DNA from: Rhodospirillales bacterium
GTDB lineage: Bacteria > Pseudomonadota > Alphaproteobacteria > Bin95
NCBI GenBank assembly: GCA_038143065.1
Contig: JAYQLI010000050.1
Location: 2,386 to 66,385, forward strand
Length of the DNA stretch: 64,000 nt
Direction of reading: 5' to 3'
Position 1 is the stretch's first letter. Each line of letters opens with the position of its first letter. The position numbers were made by a program, and so were the translations under genes. A model generated the notes under the pieces. That model was given only the letters and a program-made list of their open reading frames with translations. It was not told where the DNA came from and ran no database searches. Of the stretch, positions 1 through 10,878 are shown piece after piece.

Positions 1-64
1 GGGTACGCAGAACCCGGGACACCGTAATCGTTCCCACACTGGCAAGATCTGCCACGTCTTTCAT
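1..64 (-). CDS. LacI-family transcriptional regulator, first 21 codons only (gene runs off the left edge)
   Basis: Reverse-strand ATG at 62-64 followed by MKDVADLASVGTITVSRVLRT, the typical LacI/GalR helix-turn-helix opening; divergent from the PhyH gene across an intergenic region with two LacI-type palindromes. Confidence 0.55.
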   Translation of the reverse strand, partial: MKDVADLASVGTITVSRVLRT

Positions 65-125
65 GGTAACCCACTTGCTTTTACCCAAGCTGCTCCCCTT
101 GCTGTGTTGACGGCTTCACCACCCT

Positions 126-162
126 TGGTATCGATACCAAATCAAGAGTGGTATCGATACCA
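126..162. promoter_or_regulatory. Two identical 14-bp perfect palindromes TGGTATCGATACCA (126-139 and 149-162), candidate LacI-family operators
   Basis: Exact palindrome with central CG fitting the LacI/GalR pattern TGnnAnCGnTnnCA, duplicated 23 bp apart, between the divergent LacI-like gene and the RBS (GGGAGG) and ATG of the PhyH gene. Confidence 0.6.
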
Positions 163-181
163 AATAGGGAGGAAATCCAGG

Positions 182-1073
182 ATGCTTACAAGCGAACAGA
201 TCAGTGCATATTTTGAGAATGGTTATCTTCTCGTTGAAGATGTTGTGACGCCGGAACAGCTTCAACGCATGCAGGAGATCACGCATGAATTCATAGATCG
301 TTCAAGGCACGTCACAGCAAGCAATGACGTTTATGATCTGGACGAAGGGCATAACTCAGAAACGCCGAAGCTGACCCGGATCAAACTGCCCCACAAACAG
401 CATCCATTCTTTTGGGATGTCGTGAAGAATTCTGGGATTACAGAGGTCCTACGGCAACTGGTTGGACCCAACGCAGTTTTACAAACATCCAAGCTCAACG
501 CAAAGGCGCCGGGCGGCGGGGCTGCTGTCGAGTGGCACCAGGACTGGGCATTCTATCCGCATACAAACGACGACATGTTGGCCTTCGGTGTCTTTCTGGA
601 GGACGTCACGGAGGAAAATGGGCCGCTTCAGGTCATTCCGATCTCACAAAGGCCCAGTTTTGGATCACAATAGCGCCTAAGGTGTTTTTTGTGGTGCGGT
701 GGACCCAACCGACCCGGATTTCCATATTGATCAAGCTGTCACGATAACCGGAAAGGCTGGAAGCATGTCCGTTCACCACGCGCGGACTTTGCATGGGTCT
801 GCTCCGAATGTGTCAGATCGAGCGAGGCTGATGCTGTTTTATGAATGCTGCGCGGTGGATGCCTGGCCGGTTTATGGGCGGATCCGCCTATATCCAACGC
901 TTATCACAGCAGGAACAGTGGAACGATTTTTGGACAGAATGATCATTGGCGACCCTGTACTACAACCGCGGATGAATGAGGCGCCCGTGCGCCTGCCATA
1001 CCCACCAGCAGCGGACGTAAGCTCGATTTTTAAAACTCAAAAGTCTGGTGGCGCCAAAAGCGCCTTTATTTGA
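182..1073 (+). pseudogene. Phytanoyl-CoA dioxygenase (PhyH) family Fe(II)/2-oxoglutarate oxygenase, at least 2 frameshifts as assembled
   Basis: MLTSEQISAYFENGYLLVEDVV..., WHQDWAFYP, then HKGPVLDHNS in a second frame (about 645-680) and SMSVHHARTLHGSAPN in a third (699-1073); ATG at 182 preceded by GGGAGG. Confidence 0.75.
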
Positions 1074-1088
1074 AGGAGCCATCAAACT

Positions 1089-1996
1089 ATGAAACGTATT
1101 TATGATTTCTCCCGTAAACCGGCCAAGCGCAACTATACAATCTCGGACCTTCAGGCGCTTAAGCAAAAACCAAAAAAATTGACTATGTCCAATCCAGCCA
1201 ATGCTGATGAAATCCGGGCTTGCAGGGATGCCGGGATAGACTTGTTAGTTGTGGGGATGGACCAGATCGATAATGTTCGCGCCATCGCACCAACCCACTT
1301 CTGCCGCGTAGGGTCTAGATGGGCGCAGTTTGGTTCGAACGAAGAAGTTTTGGCCGACGCGTTTGAGGCAATGCGCCGAGGTGGAGATATGTATTATACA
1401 TTAAGGTCACTTGATGCGCTGGAGATGATGTCACGCGAGGGAATCCCTGTCCAAAGCCATATTGGATTGATACCGACCTTTAGCCACTACTGCGGCGGTC
1501 TGCGCGGATGGGGTCGCAATGCAGATGAGGCTGAAAATCTATGAGACGCTGAAACGAATGGAAGACGTAGGCGTCATAGCTGTTGAAGCCGAATGCATTG
1601 CCGAAGAAGTGTTGGAAGCAGTCAATAAAAAGACATCCATTGTGACTTTTCACTAGGCTCCGGTGTATTGGAGATGTGATTATGTCATTTGTGGCAGACG
1701 TATGTGGTGAGGCCAGTGAAGAAGATCGCCCACCAAAGCATGCCCACGCCTTCGGCAATGTCGGACGTCTGCACAAACAGATACATAAAGAACGTGTCGC
1801 TGCCCTTAGTCAGTTTCACAGCGAAGTAACTGCAGGCAACTTCCCTTATGCGCAGACCAACATCTCAATGCATGAAGGAGAAAAAGAAAAATTCTTGAAA
1901 GCCTCGATAAATGGAGCCCGATGCACCAATAAGTGGGCGTTCGCCAAGAGTGCAGACATTCGCGTGTCGAGCAGCACCGGTCGGTTTGGGCTCTAA
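1089..1996 (+). pseudogene. 3-methyl-2-oxobutanoate hydroxymethyltransferase (PanB)-family protein, fragmented
   Basis: DAGIDLLVVG, EGIPVQSHIGLIPT...GGLRGWGRNADEA (1089-1544), VGVIAVEAECI in the next frame, then PKHAHAF...AGNFPYAQTNISM (1676-1996); colinear with E. coli PanB from memory. The 3' tail reads into an intergenic repeat. Confidence 0.6.
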
Positions 1997-2050
1997 GCTG
2001 AAATTCGCTGCAATTTGAAAGAATGCCCGCTTTAGCCCAAGAGCAAAATC
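1985..2050. repeat. Intergenic repeat copy (TTTGGGCTCTAAGC..ATTCGCTGCAAT..CGCTTT)
   Basis: About 52 bp alignable (roughly 38 matches) with 33288-33345; a looser relative lies near 4490-4560. Confidence 0.4.
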
Positions 2051-2071
2051 TGAGCCGCTAGGCCGTTAAGC

Positions 2072-4118
2072 TTAAAAGGTTTGGCAAAGACGTCTAGAAT
2101 CCAAAATACTAGCATGGATATTTCGGCTCGCCACCGCATCCCCAACCCTAAACAGGTTATGACCTCCATCATTAGACATGCTCGGTTGCGCCTCACCTGC
2201 GATCAACGCCGGAATATCAACTACTCCATGGTTTGCCGCTTTGGCCACCATCTCATAGTAAAGCTCGTCATTCGGCAATGTGCCGTGTTCGATCACAATA
2301 TAATCTGCCTTTAATTTATAGGAATGGTCGCCGTAATCAGAGTTAAATTCAGCTAGTACTCCGTTACCTTCACGGCTGATACTGTTCAACCTGAAATCAG
2401 GCGTCACCTCAACCTGATGGTCATGAAACGCTTTAATATACATTGGGAAGTTTGATGCCCCCATTTCATGAACCGCATGGCGGTCGGGTGTTACCAGCCG
2501 CACTTTAAACCCTCGCTTTGCCAGCTCAACTACTGTTGATGCTGCTTGATGCTGTCCGTGGTCATCATAAACCAAAACCATCTCTTCACCCGAAGCTATC
2601 TTGAGCGCCTCCCCTGACAGCACATCCCATGTTGAGTGCGCCAGTTCACCACCCTTAATATGTTCAATATCAGGCACACCGCCCGTTGCGACCACCACAA
2701 TATCAGGGTTGAGGGCTTCGATCATCTTATGATCTGCAAATTGTTGCCAATGGATATCAACCCCCAGCCTCATTACCTCACTGCTCAGCCAATCAACAAT
2801 GCCGATCAGGTCTTTACGCACCTGGCTTTTTGCAGCAAGGCGAACTTGTCCTCCTAATTCAGAAGACGCCTCGATCAACGTAACGTTGTGCCCTCGCAAG
2901 GCGGAGACACGAGCCGCTTCTAACCCTGCAGGCCCGCCGCCGACAACCACAACTTTTTTTGCTGTGCCGCTAGATGGTGGAGTGATATGTGGAATACTTC
3001 GTTCTCGAGTTGTCGCAACATTGTGGATGCACAACATCTCACCTTCATTATAGATGCGGTCAATACAATATCCTGCCCCCACACAAGGTCGGATTTCTTC
3101 GGCGCGGCCCTCTTTCAGTTTATTGACCAAATGCGGGTCAGCAATATGCGCCCGCGTCATGCCCACCAAATCAACCAGCTTTTCTTGGATGGCATATCGC
3201 GCGGTTGCAAGGTCAGAGATGCGTGCCGCATGGATGGTTGGCGTTTTCAGCTCAGCCTTAAACGTCCCCGCCAATTGTAAGAACGGAGCCAGCTCTTTAA
3301 ACATTGCAGGTACCGGATAATTTGCCAGCATATATTCCGTATCTGACCTCCCTACATTTAGATTGAAATAATCAATCGTACCGTCTGCTTCAATAATCTT
3401 CAGGGCTTCCAACGCTTCTTCTTTTTGCAAACCTTCTGCCAGCTTACTTTCCATTTCAACCCGCGCGCCAATCACAAAATCAGTGCCTAATTCCTCTTTA
3501 ACCTTCTCATAAAGCTCACGCAGAAAACGCATCCGCCCCATTAAATCCCCGCCATATTCATCATCACGCAGGTTTGTATCAGGCGACAGAAACTGCCCGG
3601 GCAAATGCGCGTTTTGCAAAATCTCAACACCATCAAGCCCTGCGTCACGCATACGGCGCGCGGCGGCAACATAATCACCAATAACGCGTTTGATGTCAGC
3701 ATGGTCCATCACTTTCGGAAACCCTCGATGGGCAGGTTCACGCACGCGTGAAGGTGCAATCACTGGCAACCAATCGCCGTCATTCCACGTTGTTCGGCGT
3801 CCCAAATGCGAAATTTGGCATACAATACGGCAATCTTCTTTGTGGATGCGTTCAGCAAATTCTCTAAAATAAGGGATCATCCGATCAGACGACACATCTA
3901 GCTGACCGAAGACTGAAGGTGAGTCAGGGCTCACACAAGATGAACCGCCTATCATCGTCATCCCAATCCCGCCTTTGGCTTTTTTCCAGATGGTAACGTT
4001 GATATCGCTCTTTTGGCATACCATCCTCTGCTAATGCAGGCGCGTGGCACGTGCTGACAATACGATTTTTAAGAGTCATCGCCCCCAATTGAAACGGCAA
4101 TAAAAGCGGGTCTGACAT
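2072..4118 (-). pseudogene. Old-yellow-enzyme-like NADH:flavin oxidoreductase fused to an FAD/NAD(P)-binding domain (2,4-dienoyl-CoA reductase / amine dehydrogenase / N-methylproline demethylase family), one frameshift near the N-terminus
   Basis: The 650-aa ORF contains KAKGGIGMTMIGGS, CQISHLGRR, a cysteine motif region and VVVVGGGPAGLEAAR (Rossmann). The missing N-terminus MSDPLLLPFQLGAMTLKNRIVSTCHAP... is in another frame at 3924-4118. Confidence 0.75.
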
Positions 4119-4654
4119 GGCACACTCTCAATTAAAAATTTAAGTTCAAGTATTCGCAAATATGAATTTAGACAGCGCACGGATGTGCCATTGGAGGCTA
4201 AACCACCTTAAATTTTTGTCAATTGTCTAGCCCTCTATATTCGCTCAGTCATTTTTAGTCGGTTGTACTAAGTGAGAATTACCGTCTGTTTGTTTGGACA
4301 TAGCTACACACAGGCTTGCGGGGCAAGGAAAATTCAGTGGAAAGAATGTTTTATGACAGCAGGGCTCTGTCGAAAGTCATAATTTTGGGTGTGTCTTGTA
4401 GCTCTAGTTAAACAAACCACAGAACAAAAAGCACTTTACTCTTTAGCTCTTGGCAGGCAGAGCGTACCTTCGCGCTCCTGGACCCCAAGGTCTGCTATGC
4501 GGACAATGCTGCCGTTCGGCCAGCGAAAACGAACGCCCGCTTGCACCGCGCTTGCGGACGCCGACTGTTATCAGTCAGCCAATGGCTTGCTAGAACACAA
4601 AATGCCCTGACAAAATCAGTCAGAAACAGGGTTCTGCCTTTAAGATATGCGAAG

Positions 4655-4696
4655 ACCGAGTTCTGTCAGTCAAACAGTTGTTAGACAGAACTCGGT
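4655..4696. terminator. Perfect 13-bp stem hairpin (ACCGAGTTCTGTC / GACAGAACTCGGT, 16-nt loop), possible terminator
   Basis: Inverted repeat read directly, lying about 100 bp downstream of the minus-strand EF-hand gene. The T-tract is weak (TCGTGTTTTA on the plus strand), so function is uncertain. Confidence 0.35.
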
Positions 4697-4794
4697 TCGT
4701 GTTTTAGGGTCGCTCAACTGGATTGTACCTGACCCCGAACAAGGGCCACAAAAGTCAGCGCAATGCGCGAAGTTCGGATCGCGATAATGCTCCG

Positions 4795-5182
4795 TCACCA
4801 TTTCGGTCGGCGCTTAGCAACCGAGGTGCAATGTAGCTGACAAACCCGTCGCGCGAGATAAATCCATCTCGATTTTGATCTGCCGCATAGGGATACGGCA
4901 GTGGTCGGCTGGTCCACCGCGGCGTCGTCCGGCGGTTTGCTGCTGCATGGAAGCAATCTCACTCGCCTCGAGAATGCCGCTTGCATTGATATCGAGGCGA
5001 TCAAATGCCGTTGCGCGGTAATTCTGAATTTCGCTGAACTGGAGCATACGGTCTGCCGTTTGTATCGATTTGTTTCGTGGCCTGACGTGGATTTCCTGAG
5101 CACTTGCTTTGGACGCGAGTGCAGAGATGCCGCAAAGACGGTCAGCAAGACCAGGTGTTTTCTCATCTTTCATTTTCTCCAA
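4795..5182 (-). pseudogene. Secreted EF-hand calcium-binding protein, frameshifted
   Basis: Signal-peptide-like MRKHLVLLTVFAASLHS in one frame; EF-hand loop FDRLDINASGILEASEI in the overlapping frame (ORFs 4795-5166 and 4814-5182). Confidence 0.5.
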
Positions 5183-5335
5183 AGAAATTCGGTTGTGCAG
5201 CCGTAGAAGCTAATAGCCATTACGCCTGAGACAGCACGTCCTGACGAATCCTGATAAAAAATCTGCCATCGCGTCAGGTTTCTCCCTTCGCCTCGTAATG
5301 GTTTGCATCAACACCTCATTCACGGAGAGAGACAA

Positions 5336-5747
5336 ATGAAAAAGTTAACCCTAGTTGGAGTTTGCATGGCTCTGGCAGCGCCGGCCTATGCTCAGATAGG
5401 CCATAGCTGGTAACGCCTCTGCCAGCTTTTGAGCGGATCGACGGAAATGGCGATGGCATAGTCAGCCGCGCGAAGAATTGGATCGTGGTTCGCGATGTGA
5501 GATTTCGCCCGGCTCGACCGAAACTCGGATGGCGGTGATCTCGACAGGTGAGGTGATCGCGCGCCAAGACTTGATCCAAATGCGCTCGGAATTGCGACAG
5601 GCGCGCCTTGCCCTCACAGCGGCGAGGCTCGACTCGATTCTGACGCGGATGGCGACGGAGGGATTTCCGAAGACGAAGCGCAACACGCGCGGCAACGTCT
5701 TTCCGCCCTGCGGCCGTAAAAAGCGCATTGACCCCCAGGCTTTCTGA
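5336..5747 (+). pseudogene. Secreted EF-hand protein, frameshifted
   Basis: MKKLTLVGVCMALAAPAYAQ (signal peptide), then FERIDGNGDGIVSR (canonical DxNxDG loop) and a second loop spread over shifted frames. Confidence 0.5.
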
Positions 5748-6149
5748 AAGGAAAATCATGACAGCAAAGACTTCTCCTGACTTCCAACAGCTGTTGTCGG
5801 CTTTGAGGCAGAGCTCGCCACCGCCGGAAACTTTGACCCAGACCGGTCCACGCATGACGGTAGAACGCATCTATAACGGTAGTGGTTCTGGAACCGTTTC
5901 GCGCGAACTCCAGAACGGCGCAACGGTTGATCGCTCCACGTCCTGCGCTGGTTATCTGTGGCGAGCGGGATGCAGTAGCTCAGCGAGATGTCCAGACCCA
6001 AAACGGTCAGGGAATATTCCGCAGCAGCGAAAACACGCTTGCTGGTTGGAACGCGGCAGAGCCGGTGACCTCAGTCACCGGTTCTGCGGGCAACACGGTG
6101 GTGTCTCCGCGCCGTTGGCGTCGTTGGTGACCGAAGATACTTCGGCACA

Positions 6150-6754
6150 GTGTCGAACTCCAATACCCTCACCACTCACGGATGACACCGTGCTCATGGC
6201 CTGATTCGCCAGAGGTGATCAGGCTGCATTCACGGAACTAATGTCAAGGTTCGCGCGCCCTCACCGTGTTCGCCACACGGTTTCTCTCAAGCAAGTCAGA
6301 TGGTGAAGAGGTAGCGCAGACTGTGTTCATTGAAGTTTGGCGAAAAGCCCGAACTTTGATCCATGCCAAGGCATCTGTAAAACTCGGCTTTACAGCATCG
6401 CGCGAAATCGTTGCATTGACACGATCCGAAAGCGCCGCCTGAGGCAATTCGTCGGACTTGACCCAGTCTGCCGCTGGATATCGCATCGACGGACAGCGCG
6501 AGCCGTCAATAAGGATAACCGGAAAACGGGCCGAGTTACGAGCCGTTTTAGAGCGCGTTAGAACAATTGCCAGACCGCTCAGCGCTTGGCGCTGTTGCTA
6601 GCAGGTCGTTTCGGATATGTCGACACGGGAGATCGCGGAAACGATGGCAACAAGCGATGGCGCAGTTGAACAACTCATCCGAAGAGCCAGGCAGACACTT
6701 AGACAGAAGTTCAATCGCATCAGTGACGTACGAACCAAGGGAGTTGAGAAATGA
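6150..6754 (+). pseudogene. ECF-type sigma-70 family sigma factor with an in-frame TGA (6202-6204) and frameshifts
   Basis: GDQAAFTELMSRF, RLYSIARNRCIDTIRKRR (region 2), MSTREIAETMATSDGAVEQLIRRARQTLRQ (region 4 HTH) spread across frames. The start coordinate is approximate. Confidence 0.65.
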
Positions 6755-7090
6755 AAAACGAAAGACAGAAAACAGATATGGAGTTCGGATCAACTTCTTT
6801 CAGAAGTTTCAAATGCGAAGTTGAGTGAAGGGCGCTTGATGCGCGGTTCACGCGGCCTAGCCCACCTGGATTTCAGGCCTGCTTCCATCATGAATCTTGG
6901 CGTGTTGCTGGATTCTTCCATGATGGCCGGCCATGGCAGGAACGGCTTGCCTTCTTACGGCTTTCTCACCTTGACCGCTTCTATTCGCGTATTGATCCTG
7001 CCGCCAGCGACGAAGCTTATGCGTGTGATCGCCTTGCATTTGGCGATCCCGCCGCGCTCAACACCTCTGGTCAGGGTCCAGAAGTTTTGA
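6751..7090 (+). pseudogene. Possible anti-sigma factor, decayed
   Basis: ATG overlaps the sigma-factor stop (ATGA at 6751-6754); position and weak ...LSEGR... similarity only. Confidence 0.3.
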
Positions 7091-7115
7091 GGTAGTTTAG
7101 ATGAAAGTGGAAGTC

Positions 7116-7787
7116 ATGTCATACTCTCGATTTGCTATCTATTATGTGCCGCCCGCAGGCCCCTTTGGCTGATCTTGGCGCGTCTTGGCTGGGCTGGGAT
7201 GTTGTGCGCGGATGTGAAGCTACTCAGCTCAATATAGCTGGCCTGTGTGACATCACGATGACACCACGAAAATATGGTTTTCACGGTACGTTGAAGCCGC
7301 CCTTTCGTTTGAGGAGCGATCGAACTATCGCCGAGTTGAAGCAATTCACATTGAACCTTGCGGAACGTGTAGAACCTGCGGTGTGTAAGGGGTTGTATTT
7401 GACGACGATGGGGCGGTTTCTGGCATTGGCTCCGCAGGGCGAAACCAGTGCTTTGCAAAGGTTGCGGCGGCATGTGTGCGTGATCTTGACATGTTCCGGG
7501 CACCCGCCGATGCCGCTGAATTGGCGCGTCGCCGCAAAGCCCGCCTGAGTGATCGTCAAGAGGAGTTGCTGGTACAATGGGGATATCCATTTGTGATGGA
7601 AGAGTTCAAATTTCATTTGACCCTGTCGGGACCTTTGCCCGAAGCTGACATTGCAAAATGGTCTGATACAATCCAGCGCCTGCTGCCTGATTTGAATGAA
7701 CCTTTCATCGTTGACCAGATTGCCCTGTGTGGCCAGCGAGAAGATGGGCGGTTCGAGCTTTTGCATCGCTACACGCTTGCCGGTTGA
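7116..7787 (+). pseudogene. DUF1045 phosphonate-metabolism protein (2H-phosphoesterase-like), 2 frameshifts
   Basis: MSYSRFAIYYVPPAG, ...WLGWDVVRG...PRKYGFHGTLKPPFRL..., FKFHLTLSGPL (HxT motif) spread over two frames; convergent with phnN and overlapping it. Confidence 0.75.
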
Positions 7788-8329
7788 AGGAGCATTGCCG
7801 CCCGCGCAATTGTTTCAGAAAGTGGGCCATCATTGGTAAGCTGTAAGACCTTCAGACCGTCAGGTAAGGGTTTCGCTGACTCTGAGAGACGCCTGGACAT
7901 CTCTTCTTTCGTCTCCCGCCCGCGTGCCGCAAGCCGCTGAGTGAGCGTTTCTTGTTTCGCTGTGATGTTCAGAACCGTTAAACGCGGAAATACGCTTGAT
8001 GCGTGCTTCAACGCAGTGCGGGAGCAGTTTATCAGGCAATCAGTCCCATCATCGAGCTGGTCCTTTACCGTCACAGGAATGCCGTAATGCAGTCCATGTG
8101 CGTGCCAATGCAAAGCGAATGCTCCATCTTGAATAAGAGCATGAAACTGGGCGACTGACACCGAGTCATATACTTCGCCGCCCAGTTCAGGTGCGCGGGT
8201 GATGACGCGGCGGACCAGATGAAAATCAGGAATCCTGCGTTGAAGTCCTGCGATAACGCTATCTTTTCCAACACCAGATGGGCCAACAACAGCAATCAGA
8301 CGTCCCACAGTTTTGCAGCGGAGCGTCAC
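7769..8329 (-). CDS. phnN: Ribose 1,5-bisphosphate phosphokinase PhnN (uninterrupted, 186 aa, GTG start)
   Basis: GRLIAVVGPSGVGKDSV (P-loop), RVITR...GGE.Y..VS..F, HGLHYGIP; its start overlaps the phnL stop (GTGA). Confidence 0.85.
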   Translation of the reverse strand: MTLRCKTVGRLIAVVGPSGVGKDSVIAGLQRRIPDFHLVRRVITRAPELGGEVYDSVSVAQFHALIQDGAFALHWHAHGLHYGIPVTVKDQLDDGTDCLINCSRTALKHASSVFPRLTVLNITAKQETLTQRLAARGRETKEEMSRRLSESAKPLPDGLKVLQLTNDGPLSETIARAAMLLQPASV

Positions 8330-9007
8330 GCTGCTACTCCTGGCGTAAAGCGGCTCATATCGATTTCGCGATCACAGACGCGGTCCCTCGCTGCTTCATC
8401 ATGAAAAATACCGATGAGCGCCGAACCGCGCCTTGGCGCGCTCGATTAATGATAAAACAACCTCCCGGTTCGCCGCATCAAGGCTTGCTGTGGGTTCATC
8501 CAGCAACATTGCTGGGTAGTTGTAGGCAAATCCGCGCGCGATGTTCACGCGCTGTTGTTCGCCTCCCGAAAAGGTTGTGGGAGATAAGGGCCAAAGTCGT
8601 TGTGGGATGTTCAGTTCGTGAAGTAGGGCCGCTGCACTGGCCTTGGCGTCGCCTTCTGAGGCACCTAAGGAACGCAAAGGCTCTGCCACCACGTCCAAAG
8701 TTGGGACGCGTGGCACCACCCTAAGGAACTGGCTGACATAGCCGAGTACATCGCGGCGAAGTTTGATGACCTCTCTTGGTTCGGCCCTCACCAGATCAAT
8801 ATCGCCGATGTGGATTTCACCAGATTGCGTCAGGTAGTTGCCATAGATCATACGCATTAGCGTAGATTTTCCAGCACCAGATACTCCGGTCAGTGCCACA
8901 CATTCGCCGGCGGCCACGGAAAATGACACATTACTTATGACTTCGATGACTGCACTGCCTTGGTTGTGCAATATGAAGGTTTTCGAAACATTTTTAAGTT
9001 CAATCAT
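8326..9007 (-). pseudogene. phnL: C-P lyase ATP-binding subunit PhnL, frameshift about 25 codons before the end
   Basis: GECVALTGVSGAGKSTLMR (Walker A), FSGGEQQRVNIARG (signature), LLDEPTASLD (Walker B). The tail ...GIFHDEAARDRVCDREIDMSRFTP is in another frame below 8420. Confidence 0.8.
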
Positions 9008-9010
9008 AGC

Positions 9011-9781
9011 TCATACCTGCAAAACGGAGCTGACAAGAAGTTGGCTGTAAGGATGCTGCGGATCGTCAAGAACCTGATCTGTTAATCCTGCCTCTGCGAC
9101 ACGACCGTCTTTCATGACCATCAGACGGTCTGCTAGAAGCCGGACGACAGCTAAGTCGTGGGTGACAATGACAGCAGACAGGCCCATATCGCGTACAAGC
9201 CCCCGCAATAGATCCAGGAGACGCGCTTGAACGGAAACATCAAGCCCGCCTGTAGGTTCATCCATAAACACCAGGCGTGGGCCCGTGACCAGATTGCGTG
9301 CAATCTGTAGGCGTTGCTGCATCCCGCCCGAGAAAGTCGTCGGCCGATCATCCACGCGCGAGGCATCAATTTCAACACGTCCAAGCCAGTCTGTCGTCTT
9401 TTCACGGATTTGACCGTAGTGCCGCGCGCCGACAGCCATAAGCCGTTCTCCGACGTTACCGCCTGCGCTCACACCCATGCGCAGTCCATCGCGCGCGTGC
9501 TGATGTACATAGGCCCAGTCGGTACGACCCAGCATCCGTCGCTCTGGCTCCGACATGGTGATTGTATCCCGCGGCCCGTCTGCGCGGGTGTCGAATACCA
9601 CTTGCCCTTCGTCAGGTGTCAGGTGGCCCGCCATACAATTCAATAACGTTGATTTGCCCGACCCGCTCTCACCGACTATCCCCATGACTTCACCAGGGTA
9701 CAAATCGAAAGAAATATCAGCGCAGCCAACAAACGCGCCGTACCGTTTCGTAAGACCTTTAACGCTCAGTAAAGGATTCAT
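9011..9781 (-). CDS. phnK: C-P lyase ATP-binding subunit PhnK (uninterrupted, 256 aa)
   Basis: GIVGESGSGKSTLLNC, FSGGMQQRLQIARNL, VFMDEPTGGLDVSVQ; ATGA overlap with the phnJ stop. Confidence 0.9.
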   Translation of the reverse strand: MNPLLSVKGLTKRYGAFVGCADISFDLYPGEVMGIVGESGSGKSTLLNCMAGHLTPDEGQVVFDTRADGPRDTITMSEPERRMLGRTDWAYVHQHARDGLRMGVSAGGNVGERLMAVGARHYGQIREKTTDWLGRVEIDASRVDDRPTTFSGGMQQRLQIARNLVTGPRLVFMDEPTGGLDVSVQARLLDLLRGLVRDMGLSAVIVTHDLAVVRLLADRLMVMKDGRVAEAGLTDQVLDDPQHPYSQLLVSSVLQV

Positions 9782-10581
9782 GCCGCGTCCTTTCCCTTAT
9801 AACCTGCTGCCTGGCGGGCCTCCCAGTAATCAGTGTCAGAGCAAACGAACATCCGACCACCGGCGTCATCCATGATCAATTCATCCAGATAGCTATCGGT
9901 TGCGAGCACATCCCACAGGGATGGTCCGCTTTTGCGGCCTCAAAGGGTAATCTTCAAAATCAAGGCTGATGACCTCGGTATAGGGTGGTAAGGCATAAAT
10001 GCGCTGTTCTCGCCCGCGCCGAACAGTTGAGTTGCGGCCATATCGCTCAGTTTGGGGTTGTCAAACTTGGGGATCGGCGAGGGATCCATGACATAGCGCC
10101 CTTCGACTTTAACCGGATAGGCATATGAGGTTGCGATATGGCCGTGACGGCTGATGTCTTCATAAAGTTTCACATGCATCAGCCCATATTCTTCAAGGCT
10201 GTGCATTTTCCGGTCTCGCTTTCGCGAGGCTCCAAAAACCGGAGGGGTTCGGGAATCGGTACTTGATAGATAATAATTTGGTGTTCAGAAAGCGTTACTT
10301 CGGGAATGCGATGCCTGGTTTGGATCACCGTCGCCTCCTTGGTCGCAGTGGTCGTCGCAACCCCTGCTGTACGTTCAAAAAAATGTGCGAATAGAAACCG
10401 CATTCGTAGTGTCATCAGCGCCCTGATCAATGACCTTTAAAATGTCGTTGGGCGTCAAAACTGCCGCTGAAACTTGAACGCCGCCGGTGCCCCAGCCGTA
10501 AGGCATCGGCATCTCTCGCGAAGCAAATGGCACTTGATAACCCGGAATGGCGAGCCCCTTGAGTATCGCGCGACGGATCAC
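9778..10581 (-). pseudogene. phnJ: C-P lyase catalytic subunit PhnJ, several frameshifts and 5' end deleted
   Basis: IRRAILKGLAIPGYQVPFASREMPMPYGWGTGG, VIQTRHRIPE, YQVPIPEPLRFLEPRE, YAYPVKVEGRYVMDPSPIPKFDNPK in three ORF fragments. It lacks the YNFA.LDEQTKRM leader that copy B retains. Confidence 0.85.
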
Positions 10582-10878
10582 AGTACTATCTCAAAACAGG
10601 TGTAAGCCCCAAAAAGAACCAATTTCTATAGTATGGGGAACGAAATGTTGAGTTTTGGATTTGGTGTTTTGATTGCACTTGTAGGCTTACCGTGTTTGAA
10701 CGGCTTCGTGGCTTGGGTGCTGCCCTAGCTCGTGCCGGTTTTGTCTGCCAATGACTACTGCGGGCCAGATGGTTGGTTTATGTACGCCAAAGGCCCAGTC
10801 CGGTGTGTTTGATCGCTGAATCCGTCCCGACCAAAACGGATCTGATTTCAAAGGGTAAGGCGTCATAGCAGCGCTCTT

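Noticed and set aside
6202-6204. In-frame TGA in the ECF sigma gene as selenocysteine or programmed readthrough
   Set aside because: There is no SECIS-like hairpin downstream, the position is not a known Sec site, and the gene has further frameshifts. A nonsense lesion or an error is the simpler explanation.
5728-6204. 158-aa ORF as a real gene
   Set aside because: It has no recognisable family and its 3' end is actually the N-terminus of the sigma factor. An overlapping frame (5882-6130) has a weak alpha/beta-hydrolase-like ...ALVICGERD... segment, so this is probably a composite of decayed frames.
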